From IMG/VR virus record IMGVR_UViG_3300037449_000119, positions 282-64,281 of that record: a stretch of 64,000 nt of DNA. One strand, 5' to 3'. How positions within the stretch are numbered: position 1 is the stretch's first letter; the number at the start of each line of letters is the position of its first letter. This stretch comes from a virus. Lineage: Duplodnaviria; Caudoviricetes. A model generated the notes under the pieces. It had not been told where the DNA came from and did not search any database. It saw nothing but the letters and a program-made list of their open reading frames with translations. Below, piece by piece: positions 27,099 through 34,718 of this stretch. Made by a program: the position numbers and the translations under genes.

Positions 27099-27789
27099 TG
27101 TGGGTCTCCTTGCGCGCGGCGAGCAATAATTCACTCACAAGTTCATCGCTGGGTTGTAGCTTGCTCCCGCTGATATAGACATGCTTTATAAGCACATCTT
27201 TAACGCGCTCTTCCGCTGTCTTCGGCTTCGACTTGGGATGGAGGCAGCCAAATAACAAGCTGAGATTATAATCCTGTCGCGCTCTGTCGTCAGTGTAAAA
27301 CTCTTTTCGATACGCCGCCTCAATCTGCTCCAACGTATACGACGCGGGGCGCTTGGCGAGTACGGCTGCAATGTCTACTCTTACCATGTTCAGGTTGTAT
27401 TCGACCAGTGGTGTGTTACCGTAACGCTGCCAGATGTTTATTATTTCGATTAGCTCCTCGTTGCTCAGCGTCCCATTCGCGTGCTGCTCAGTTGTCATGT
27501 GGTGCCTCCTGTTTGTGTTCCATGAACCATCAGCGGCGTACCCAACTTTCTCTGGTCCGATGTGGTGCTCCACCTGTACGATGGTTGACGCTCGCATCGC
27601 GTCCAAGTACCTGTCCACATCGGCAAACGGAACGTGAATCGTTGTCACCGCTTCAGGCACTTCAGGGTTGCCAATGGCGGCCATCGGCACACCGCCCCCA
27701 ACGTGGTACACCTGTCGAAGCTGGACCACGTAACAAGTTCCGTGAACGCCGGTGAAGGATTTAACCGCAACTACAACGTGGTCGACCAC
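27088..27789 (-). CDS. hypothetical protein with internal SD/ATG at 27498
   Basis: GGAGG plus GTG at 27789; AGGAGG plus ATG in the same frame at 27498. Confidence 0.5.
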   Translation of the reverse strand: MVDHVVVAVKSFTGVHGTCYVVQLRQVYHVGGGVPMAAIGNPEVPEAVTTIHVPFADVDRYLDAMRASTIVQVEHHIGPEKVGYAADGSWNTNRRHHMTTEQHANGTLSNEELIEIINIWQRYGNTPLVEYNLNMVRVDIAAVLAKRPASYTLEQIEAAYRKEFYTDDRARQDYNLSLLFGCLHPKSKPKTAEERVKDVLIKHVYISGSKLQPSDELVSELLLAARKETHNGQ

Positions 27790-28991
27790 TTCACGCCTCC
27801 ATCCGTAAGCCGCAGCCCGGCCGGCTCCGGCAACGCGCTGCCCGCGATGCCTTGCAGGTCGCCAAGCATCCCCGATGTCGAGGTCAGCACACGCTCGATC
27901 TGCACGGCGCGCTTGGCCCACTGCCTCTGCGCGGCCTTCTGCTCAGCGGTGAGGTCTTCCTGCATGGCGGTGAACGCCTCCACCAACGCCTCGACCCGAT
28001 GCCGGAACTGTGAGCCGGTAACATACTTGTACACCTCTTCGGCGGTGGTTGCCATACCAGCCTGCACCTGCTTGGTGTTGTGCACCGCAAGCAGAATGGA
28101 GCGCAGCGCCACAGCGACAGGCAGCGCCGTCTTGGGGGAGCACACCCACACGTTGTCGGAGAAGTCGAAGGTCTCAACGCTCTCAGGCAGCGCAGCGGAG
28201 ACGATGACAAGAATGTCGGCCTGGGCCTTGCGCCCGTCCTCACGGAGCTTGGCGAGCCAGCCGTCTGACCAGTGCTTGGTACGCTTGGACTCCCACAGGA
28301 TCAACCCGGTGTGGTGACCCGATGAGGCGCAGACGTTCTGTGTGATGTCAGCGCCGTTCACGCCCTTGGCCACTTCGCCGATCACATCGAAGGGGAACTT
28401 CGCGCGAAGCTGCTGCTCCAGGTCGAGTTCTTGCACCTCACCCTGAAGTTGCTGACTGCCCTGCTCGGCTTTCTGCTTCAGCTCGTCGATCTTGGTCTGC
28501 ATGGATTGGAGCAGTGTGTCCTTCTCCAGCAGCTTGAGCCGGTTCGCCTCATCAGCATCGCGGCGCGCCGCCTGCCGGGCTGTGTCGATGCCGAGAGAGA
28601 CCTGCTTCTCAATGGTAAGGTTCAGCTCACGCTCACGGTCACCCAACTCACGCTCGTGTTTGACCGCGGCGGCCTGGGCCTGTTGGGCGGTGGCGAGCTT
28701 CACCTCAAGCTGGCGGTGTGAGTCTACCGCCGCATCGGCCAATCGACGGGCCTCTTGAAGTTCGTCGGCTGCGCGCTTGGCCGCATCCTCTGTCTTCTTC
28801 AACTTGTCCGCCACACGCGCGGCGGCAGCCTCGTACTGCGCAGTCTGAGCATCAGCCACAGCGGCTTCCACGGCCAGCTTCAACCGCTTCTCATTCTGTT
28901 GTTCAACTTGTTTCAACATAGGTGCCGCGAGCGCGGCATCAAGGGCGAAGGCTGCCCCGCACTTGGGGCAGTTAATAGTTTGATCCGGCAT
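27771..28991 (-). CDS. DUF2130-family protein
   Basis: INCPKCG, long coiled coil, SQQLQGEVQELDLE, GADITQ, ILWESKRTKHWSDGWLAKLRED. Confidence 0.8.
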   Translation of the reverse strand: MPDQTINCPKCGAAFALDAALAAPMLKQVEQQNEKRLKLAVEAAVADAQTAQYEAAAARVADKLKKTEDAAKRAADELQEARRLADAAVDSHRQLEVKLATAQQAQAAAVKHERELGDRERELNLTIEKQVSLGIDTARQAARRDADEANRLKLLEKDTLLQSMQTKIDELKQKAEQGSQQLQGEVQELDLEQQLRAKFPFDVIGEVAKGVNGADITQNVCASSGHHTGLILWESKRTKHWSDGWLAKLREDGRKAQADILVIVSAALPESVETFDFSDNVWVCSPKTALPVAVALRSILLAVHNTKQVQAGMATTAEEVYKYVTGSQFRHRVEALVEAFTAMQEDLTAEQKAAQRQWAKRAVQIERVLTSTSGMLGDLQGIAGSALPEPAGLRLTDGGVKWSTTL

Positions 28992-29022
28992 GTTGTCTCC
29001 TGACAGGTGACGCTGATTTCAG

Positions 29023-29051
29023 ATACTACTCTATAGCAATTACTGTGTCAA
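29023..29051 (-). promoter_or_regulatory. sigma70-like promoter for the DUF2130 gene
   Basis: TTGACA-17-TAGTAT. Confidence 0.55.
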
Positions 29052-29776
29052 GCGGGCGGCTTGGAGCGCTTCCTGGGCGCGGGCTTGGACTCCTCAACCT
29101 CTTCAACGATTCTCTGCTGCAACAGAGCGTGAAGCTCCGCCGCTGCCTCTAGTTGCTCAGGGGTGTCGGGCTTGGCATCCGGCTTGGCATCCGGCATGGG
29201 CGTGCGATGAAAGTGGTGCTTGGCCCAGTGCTCCTCGTTCATTCTGAGTGTCGCCTCTACGGCCAACCGCTTGCGCGCCATGATACGCTCCACAGGAGTG
29301 ACAGCAGCGAACTCGGCACGACGGCCGGCGCGCTCCTCTTTAAATGCTTGTGCCTCTACTACTCGCAACACAGACGCAGGGGTGGTGTTGAACTGTTCCG
29401 CAATCGCCTCGTCGCTGATACCCTTCTTGTGGGCATCTACTATAAGAGGGTGCAGGTGCGTTTTTACGTTGCTCAGCACGCGCGGCTTTGAGTTGTCGAT
29501 GATGCGCTGCACAGAATCCGCGCGCAGCCGCAGGCGCTCGCCGATCTCCCCGGCTACGACACCCTTGGCGTGGAGTGCGACGATCTCCGCCTTATCGGCG
29601 TGAAGCACGTTGCTGCGTGCGGCGCTGGTCGCGCCAACCTTCCACCCGTAGCGATGACAACGAGGGCACTGCACAGGGTTCGGCTTGCGAGGCGCCCAGT
29701 AAGCAGCGCAAAATTGGCACGGACCCACCTCTCCAGGCTGAGTTTTATGCGCCTCGAGTTTCGGCTTTACACTCAT
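29048..29776 (-). CDS. Zn-ribbon + tandem HTH putative transcription regulator
   Basis: CQFC...CPRC; EIVALHAKG...EIGERLRL; KGISDEAIAEQFNTTPASV; GGAGG SD. Confidence 0.6.
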   Translation of the reverse strand: MSVKPKLEAHKTQPGEVGPCQFCAAYWAPRKPNPVQCPRCHRYGWKVGATSAARSNVLHADKAEIVALHAKGVVAGEIGERLRLRADSVQRIIDNSKPRVLSNVKTHLHPLIVDAHKKGISDEAIAEQFNTTPASVLRVVEAQAFKEERAGRRAEFAAVTPVERIMARKRLAVEATLRMNEEHWAKHHFHRTPMPDAKPDAKPDTPEQLEAAAELHALLQQRIVEEVEESKPAPRKRSKPPA

Positions 29777-29813
29777 GTTGAGGCCTCCTTTTGGGCTGAA
29801 ATGCCCAGAAACC

Positions 29814-29842
29814 AATTTAACAGAAAAAGTTGCAAAAGTCAA
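29814..29842 (-). promoter_or_regulatory. sigma70-like promoter
   Basis: TTGACT-17-TAAATT with TG extension. Confidence 0.7.
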
Positions 29843-30140
29843 TATAGGAGGAGCGACGACTCCAAGCTAATAGTATAAATTTTCAAACAAAATTCAAAAA
29901 ACACAACTTTTCACCGAAAACGGCGTTTCGAGCTTGGGCAGCAACACACCCCGCACCACAAATACCCCAAGCAGGGATGCCGTTTCACGACTCCACCATC
30001 GCGCCCAAACCCCAGGTACAATACAGTACAAAATAAAGTGTAAATAAATAAAAAATAAATATAATATCAATAACAACCATAATAGTAATATACATATATT
30101 TATTTTTTTCTAAAGAAATTTCTCAATAATATAGCTTCCA
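29843..30140. other. AT-rich divergence region, candidate replication origin
   Basis: Almost pure A/T at 30020-30130 in an otherwise GC-rich genome; lies at the strand switch. Confidence 0.45.
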
Positions 30141-30440
30141 CCATATAGCGTATTACACAACCAGTAAACATCGCCCGAAGCCCTATGCCTGTTGGCCGTT
30201 TCTATTTTACCCTCCAACATCGCCTACTCCCCGGCGGAGATGCGCCGCACAGGGCTCAAAGGTGCGTGAACACTGGCGATTCGTTGTGGTGTACGCTTGA
30301 AGTACCATGATGCTGACAAAATTCGGGTGTTGTACAATTGGTAAACAGCAAAGCGCGTGGTTCGTAGACCATAAATTGAGCGCATCTCGTTGTGCGGCGG
30401 CTAAAAAGCCGCGCACTCCGCAGTTTGAATTGCAACCCTT

Positions 30441-30450
30441 GTGCTATCCT
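30441..30450 (+). promoter_or_regulatory. extended -10 promoter
   Basis: GTGCTATCCT (TGn-TATCCT) upstream of the 30502 peptide. Confidence 0.4.
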
Positions 30451-30501
30451 GTTTTTGTCCGGCACTCGCCGGCACAACATGTTGTGAAAGGACAGAACAC
30501 C

Positions 30502-30609
30502 ATGGCAACAAAGAAAAAGCCGACCGTGAAGAAGGCCGTTCCCAAGAAGGGGAAGAAAGCCCCCAAGCGCGGGGTCCGTGGCAAGAAGCCGCAGGCACCC
30601 GGCACCTAA
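30502..30609 (+). CDS. 35-aa Lys-rich peptide
   Basis: AAAGGA SD; MATKKKPTVKKAVPKKGKKAPKRGVRGKKPQAPGT. Confidence 0.7.
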   Translation: MATKKKPTVKKAVPKKGKKAPKRGVRGKKPQAPGT

Positions 30610-30673
30610 GCAGCACACCACCAAAACATCGCGCCTCACACCTAAGTGTGAGGCGCTTCGTTTAAGGAGCACA

Positions 30674-31483
30674 ATGGCGATCACGGTAAACCTCGAACTC
30701 ACCACCGCCTGCAACTTCGCTTGTTTCTGCTGCCCGCTTCCCGCCCTGAAGCGCAAGCCTGCCACACTCCCCACCGCCAAAGCGATTGCACTCATCAAGG
30801 AAGTCGATGAGGACAAGCTGGCCGTGGGCTTCTCGTTTCATCAAATGGGCGAGGCTCTACTCCATCCTGACTGCGTGAAGATCGTTCGCCGCGCACACGA
30901 ACTTGGGCTGCACACACGCCTCGTGACCAACGGCTCACTCCACGACAAGCGCAAGCTCACCGCTCTGTTCGATGTGTTGGATGTGCTTGACATCAGCTAT
31001 CGCTATGAGGGCGGCGCCGCGAAATCCGGCAACTTGACCGCAGCACAATATAAGAAGTCTATGGAGTCCACCATCGAGCTTCGGCGCAGCCTGCCCGGCG
31101 CCATCACCGCGATTAGAATGCGGGTGTTTGACGACGCCAACAACCTCGCCGCGCCCTGGTGGAGGATCACCGACCCGTGGTTCGTTCTGGTGCGCGACCA
31201 GCAATTCGTGTGGCCCAGCGCCGTGGGAGAAGTCCGGCCGCCTGCCCACCCAGTGAAGTGCGCACGCATGGATACCCGCATCTCCATCTTGGCTGACGGG
31301 TCTGTGACAACTTGTTGCTGGGACGCGGAAGGCGGGAACACATTCGGAAATATATTCAATGCTCGCTTGAAGGACATACTCAGCGGACCTGTGCCCACTG
31401 AGTATGCTCGCTTGCTGCGACGGGGCGTGATGCCCACCGCGACTTGCCGTGCCTGCGTGGCCGAGTCGTCAGATGATGCCTAG
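30674..31483 (+). CDS. radical SAM protein with SPASM/twitch domain
   Basis: CNFACFCC (CxxxCxxC), HQMGEALLHP, VTNGSL; C-terminal C...ILADGSVTTCCWD...FGNI...CRAC; AAGGAG SD. Confidence 0.88.
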   Translation: MAITVNLELTTACNFACFCCPLPALKRKPATLPTAKAIALIKEVDEDKLAVGFSFHQMGEALLHPDCVKIVRRAHELGLHTRLVTNGSLHDKRKLTALFDVLDVLDISYRYEGGAAKSGNLTAAQYKKSMESTIELRRSLPGAITAIRMRVFDDANNLAAPWWRITDPWFVLVRDQQFVWPSAVGEVRPPAHPVKCARMDTRISILADGSVTTCCWDAEGGNTFGNIFNARLKDILSGPVPTEYARLLRRGVMPTATCRACVAESSDDA

Positions 31484-31945
31484 CTCGTTCGCCCAACTGG
31501 AATCGTTGCGCGAGACTGACCACTTCACCCGCGGCGACTTCATTTGAATGCCCAGCTTCTTTGCCAGCTTGAATCCGCTTACGAACATGGTTCGTTCGTC
31601 AACGTCCATGGACACGTTCAACTTCTTCAGGAACTCGGCTTTTTGCTCTGAGTTCTCGAAGATGACGCAGAAGTAAAACCCCACGTCCATGATCTCTTCA
31701 CGCTGTGCCGTCTCTCGTTTGCGCGCGATTCTGAATGTTTGTTGCGTGGCGGTCAGCTCAGCGCGCGTGTCGTGCTCCGCCTTGCCGGTGTACTTCACAT
31801 TCTTGAAGTGCTTCACATCGTCGCCACCACCGTCAATTCCAAGTCCATCCAACGCGTCCGTTTTGTCGGCCGCGCCTTTGGACAGCCCGTCGAGTCCGTC
31901 GAGAAAGTTGTACTCGCCAATGTTTAAGTCGTCCTTCTTCTTCAC
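31469..31945 (-). CDS. acidic hypothetical protein, partner of the PP-loop gene
   Basis: GTGA coupling; ...FYFCVIFENSEQKAEFL...VSGFKLAKKLG. Confidence 0.7.
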   Translation of the reverse strand: MKKKDDLNIGEYNFLDGLDGLSKGAADKTDALDGLGIDGGGDDVKHFKNVKYTGKAEHDTRAELTATQQTFRIARKRETAQREEIMDVGFYFCVIFENSEQKAEFLKKLNVSMDVDERTMFVSGFKLAKKLGIQMKSPRVKWSVSRNDSSWANELGII

Positions 31946-32697
31946 AGATGCCTCCGTACAAGGTCCAGGTTTGCAAGTGGAAACCAGTCGAGGATTCGCT
32001 GGTAGTCTTTCGGGAAGTGTTCTTTGATGGGCGCCAGGTACTCCAAGTGCACGCCGTCAAAGCTGCGACCGAACATGGTGTAGTCAGCCGGCAGCCTCAG
32101 ACCGCTCTGCTTGAGGCGCTCCATCAGGTACGCCTTCTTCCAATCCCAAATGGGGTAGAAGGTTTTAGTGCGCTCGATAATCACACCATGTTTTCGCACC
32201 GTGGTGTAGCGCACCAGCCCATCGGTTGCGCGTATGCCGATGGCGTTGTAGATGCTGGTGGGATCTTTCACATTGGTGTCGTGCTCCAGCACCAGCGCGC
32301 GCATCTCTTCTTTCGTGGCGGTTGGCAGTTGCAGCTCATCAATGATGCTCCAACGCTCGGGTGGTTGAAGCGTGTAGCTGCTGAGTGCTTTGTACAACCC
32401 TGGGTGCGGCACCGAGTAGATGCGGGTTTTGAATGCGTTCTGGTAGTAGTCAAGCGCCTCGTCCACAAAGCTCAAGTCCGGCACCAGATAAAAGTGAACA
32501 GGGATAATTCGCTTGAACTTTCCCCACAAAGCCAGCCACGCACCAATGCTGTCCTTGCCACAAGAGAAGCTCAGGGACACGGTGTCGTATTTGCGCGCAA
32601 GAGACCTTATGACCTCTTCACCGCTGGGCACCATGGTGATCTGTCCGATCTGCGGTTGCTTCGCTGCCACGACTTTAGTGATGCACAATTTGCTCAT
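31942..32697 (-). CDS. PAPS-reductase-like PP-loop (adenine nucleotide alpha-hydrolase) protein
   Basis: LSFSCGKDS PP-loop, GIRATDGLVR, YPIWDWKK. Confidence 0.8.
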   Translation of the reverse strand: MSKLCITKVVAAKQPQIGQITMVPSGEEVIRSLARKYDTVSLSFSCGKDSIGAWLALWGKFKRIIPVHFYLVPDLSFVDEALDYYQNAFKTRIYSVPHPGLYKALSSYTLQPPERWSIIDELQLPTATKEEMRALVLEHDTNVKDPTSIYNAIGIRATDGLVRYTTVRKHGVIIERTKTFYPIWDWKKAYLMERLKQSGLRLPADYTMFGRSFDGVHLEYLAPIKEHFPKDYQRILDWFPLANLDLVRRHL

Positions 32698-32703
32698 AAG
32701 TAT

Positions 32704-32732
32704 ATTATAACTCAACGACTTGCAAAAGTCAA
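32704..32732 (-). promoter_or_regulatory. consensus sigma70 promoter, probably leaderless transcript
   Basis: TTGACT-17-TATAAT; ATG 7 nt downstream. Confidence 0.8.
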
Positions 32733-32748
32733 TGTGGTAAAACCCCAG

Positions 32749-32774
32749 TGTTTACGGGGTGTTTACGGGGTGTT
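32749..32774. repeat. tandem 11-bp repeat (TGTTTACGGGG x2 plus partial)
   Basis: Directly visible between divergent promoters upstream of terS. Confidence 0.75.
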
Positions 32775-32789
32775 CGGTTGTGCTATTAT
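32762..32789 (+). promoter_or_regulatory. promoter for the packaging genes
   Basis: TTTACG-16-TATTAT with TG extension; GTG 7 nt downstream. Confidence 0.5.
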
Positions 32790-32795
32790 TCTGTT

Positions 32796-33362
32796 GTGCA
32801 AGCGAAGAAGAAAAAACCCGTGTCTAAGCAGGCTGCGCTAAAATCCGCGCTGGTTGCGAAGAGCGAAGCCAAAGGGCATACCGCGGTGAAGCCCCCACCC
32901 CCGAAGAAGAACAACGGCAATACATCGAAGCGCGGAGTTGTCGGCGAGGGGCATCCGTTTGTCAAAGTCGATGTGGACCAGCTCGCGCTCCTGGTGAAGA
33001 TCGGCTGCACCATGGACGAGATCGCCGAAGTTCTCAAGGTTGCCAAGGACACCATCGAGCGGAATTATATGCCTGTGGTCGTAGCCGCACGCAAAGAGCG
33101 CAACGTCGCCATTCGCCGCAAGCAATATCAGCTTGCAATGGACGGCGACCGTACCATGTTGGTGTGGCTTGGCAAGCAGTGGCTCGGGCAGACCGATCAA
33201 CTTCAACTGGGCAACAACCCTGACAATCCTCTAACGCCAGGGGGTTCGGTGCCAGTCATTGAGATTATCTTCGTCGAGTCCGATGGCGATGGGCACCCGA
33301 AAACCATAGAAGGCATTGTTGAACCAAAGAAGCTGACGGGTGGTAGCAATGCTTCAAAGTGA
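32796..33362 (+). CDS. terS: terminase small subunit (HTH type)
   Basis: GCTMDEIAEVLKV...IRRKQYQLAMDGDRTMLVWLGKQWLGQ; directly upstream of terL; start uncertain. Confidence 0.75.
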   Translation: MQAKKKKPVSKQAALKSALVAKSEAKGHTAVKPPPPKKNNGNTSKRGVVGEGHPFVKVDVDQLALLVKIGCTMDEIAEVLKVAKDTIERNYMPVVVAARKERNVAIRRKQYQLAMDGDRTMLVWLGKQWLGQTDQLQLGNNPDNPLTPGGSVPVIEIIFVESDGDGHPKTIEGIVEPKKLTGGSNASK

Positions 33363-34662
33363 ACAAGCAGTGCGCGATGAACAGCGGTTTCAAGAGCAGC
33401 GCGAAGTTGTCGGCAACCCTCGCGCCTACTTCCCAGCAAAGTTCAAAGCGTTGTTCCAGCCTGCACGCTACAAATCCATGCACGGCGGTCGTGGTTCAGG
33501 AAAGTCGTGGGCGGCTGCGCGCGCACTGGTTTTGCTCATGGGGAAGAAGCCATTGCGCGTGCTCTGCGCCCGTGAGTTGCAGAACTCCATTGCGGAATCA
33601 GTGCATCGGCTGATAAGCGACCAGATATTCGACCTGGGCCTGCTCGGCAAATTCATCATTACAGAGAAGTCCATCCGCTGTATCAACGGAGGAGAGTTCA
33701 TCTTCGCCGGCATTCGCTCCAATCCAATGAAGATCAAGTCCATGGAAGGTCTTGACGTGTGTTGGGTTGAGGAGGCATCGGTCATCTCGGAGCGAAGCTG
33801 GGAGTTGCTCACCCCCACCATCCGCAACGGCAAGGTTTACACGGGACGCGACGGTGTGCGGGAGCCGGAGATCTGGCTGACGTGGAATCCTGACCAGATG
33901 GACGACCCTACCTACGTTCGTTTTGCCAAGAACTTGCCACCAGGCTGCGTTGACATTGTTGTCAACTGGACAGACAATCCATTCTTTCCAAACGTACTCC
34001 GCCGTGAGAAGGATTACGACTACAGCCGCGACCCTGACCTGGCAGCTCACGTGTGGGGCGGCGAGTGCCGCGTCAACAGCGAGGCACAGATTTTCAAAGG
34101 CCGCTACATTGTCGATTTGTTTGCACCACCAGATGATGCCCGCTGGTATCACGGCATGGACTTCGGGTTTGCCAACGACCCATTCGCGCTCACCAAGATG
34201 TACATTACCGGCGACGAACCCACGCTTCAAGAGTTGTGGGTTTACGACGAGCGCAGCGGCGTAGGCATTGAACTAGATGATTTGCCCACACACGTTCGCT
34301 CTATGCCCACGGCTCTGAAGTGGCCGTGCAAAGGCGACAACTCTCGGCCGGAAACGATCAGCTACCTGAAGCGCGTGGTGCCAATGAATCTCGTCGCCGC
34401 TGAGAAGTGGGGCGGTTCAGTCGAGGATGGCATCACGCACATGAAGGGCTTTCGTAAGATTCACGTGCATTCAGTGAACTGCCCACGCGGTCAAAAGGAG
34501 TTCCGTCTTTACCACTACAAGGTGGACCCGAAGACAGAAGAGGTTCTGCCGATCATCGTCGATGCCTGGAACCACACCATTGACGCCGACCGCTACGGCC
34601 TGGATGGCCTCATTCATCGTCGCGGCGCCGACAAGGTTTGGTCGCGGTTTGCAGGGCACTGA
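33340..34662 (+). CDS. terL: terminase large subunit (PBSX-type)
   Basis: HGGRGSGKS, CAREL, CWVEEA, TWNP, GMDFGFANDP, NHTIDADRY. Confidence 0.95.
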   Translation: MVAMLQSEQAVRDEQRFQEQREVVGNPRAYFPAKFKALFQPARYKSMHGGRGSGKSWAAARALVLLMGKKPLRVLCARELQNSIAESVHRLISDQIFDLGLLGKFIITEKSIRCINGGEFIFAGIRSNPMKIKSMEGLDVCWVEEASVISERSWELLTPTIRNGKVYTGRDGVREPEIWLTWNPDQMDDPTYVRFAKNLPPGCVDIVVNWTDNPFFPNVLRREKDYDYSRDPDLAAHVWGGECRVNSEAQIFKGRYIVDLFAPPDDARWYHGMDFGFANDPFALTKMYITGDEPTLQELWVYDERSGVGIELDDLPTHVRSMPTALKWPCKGDNSRPETISYLKRVVPMNLVAAEKWGGSVEDGITHMKGFRKIHVHSVNCPRGQKEFRLYHYKVDPKTEEVLPIIVDAWNHTIDADRYGLDGLIHRRGADKVWSRFAGH

Positions 34663-34718
34663 GCGATAATCGCTTGTATTTGGGTTGGGCTAGGGTATAC
34701 TGATTTCGAGGTTTGGGC

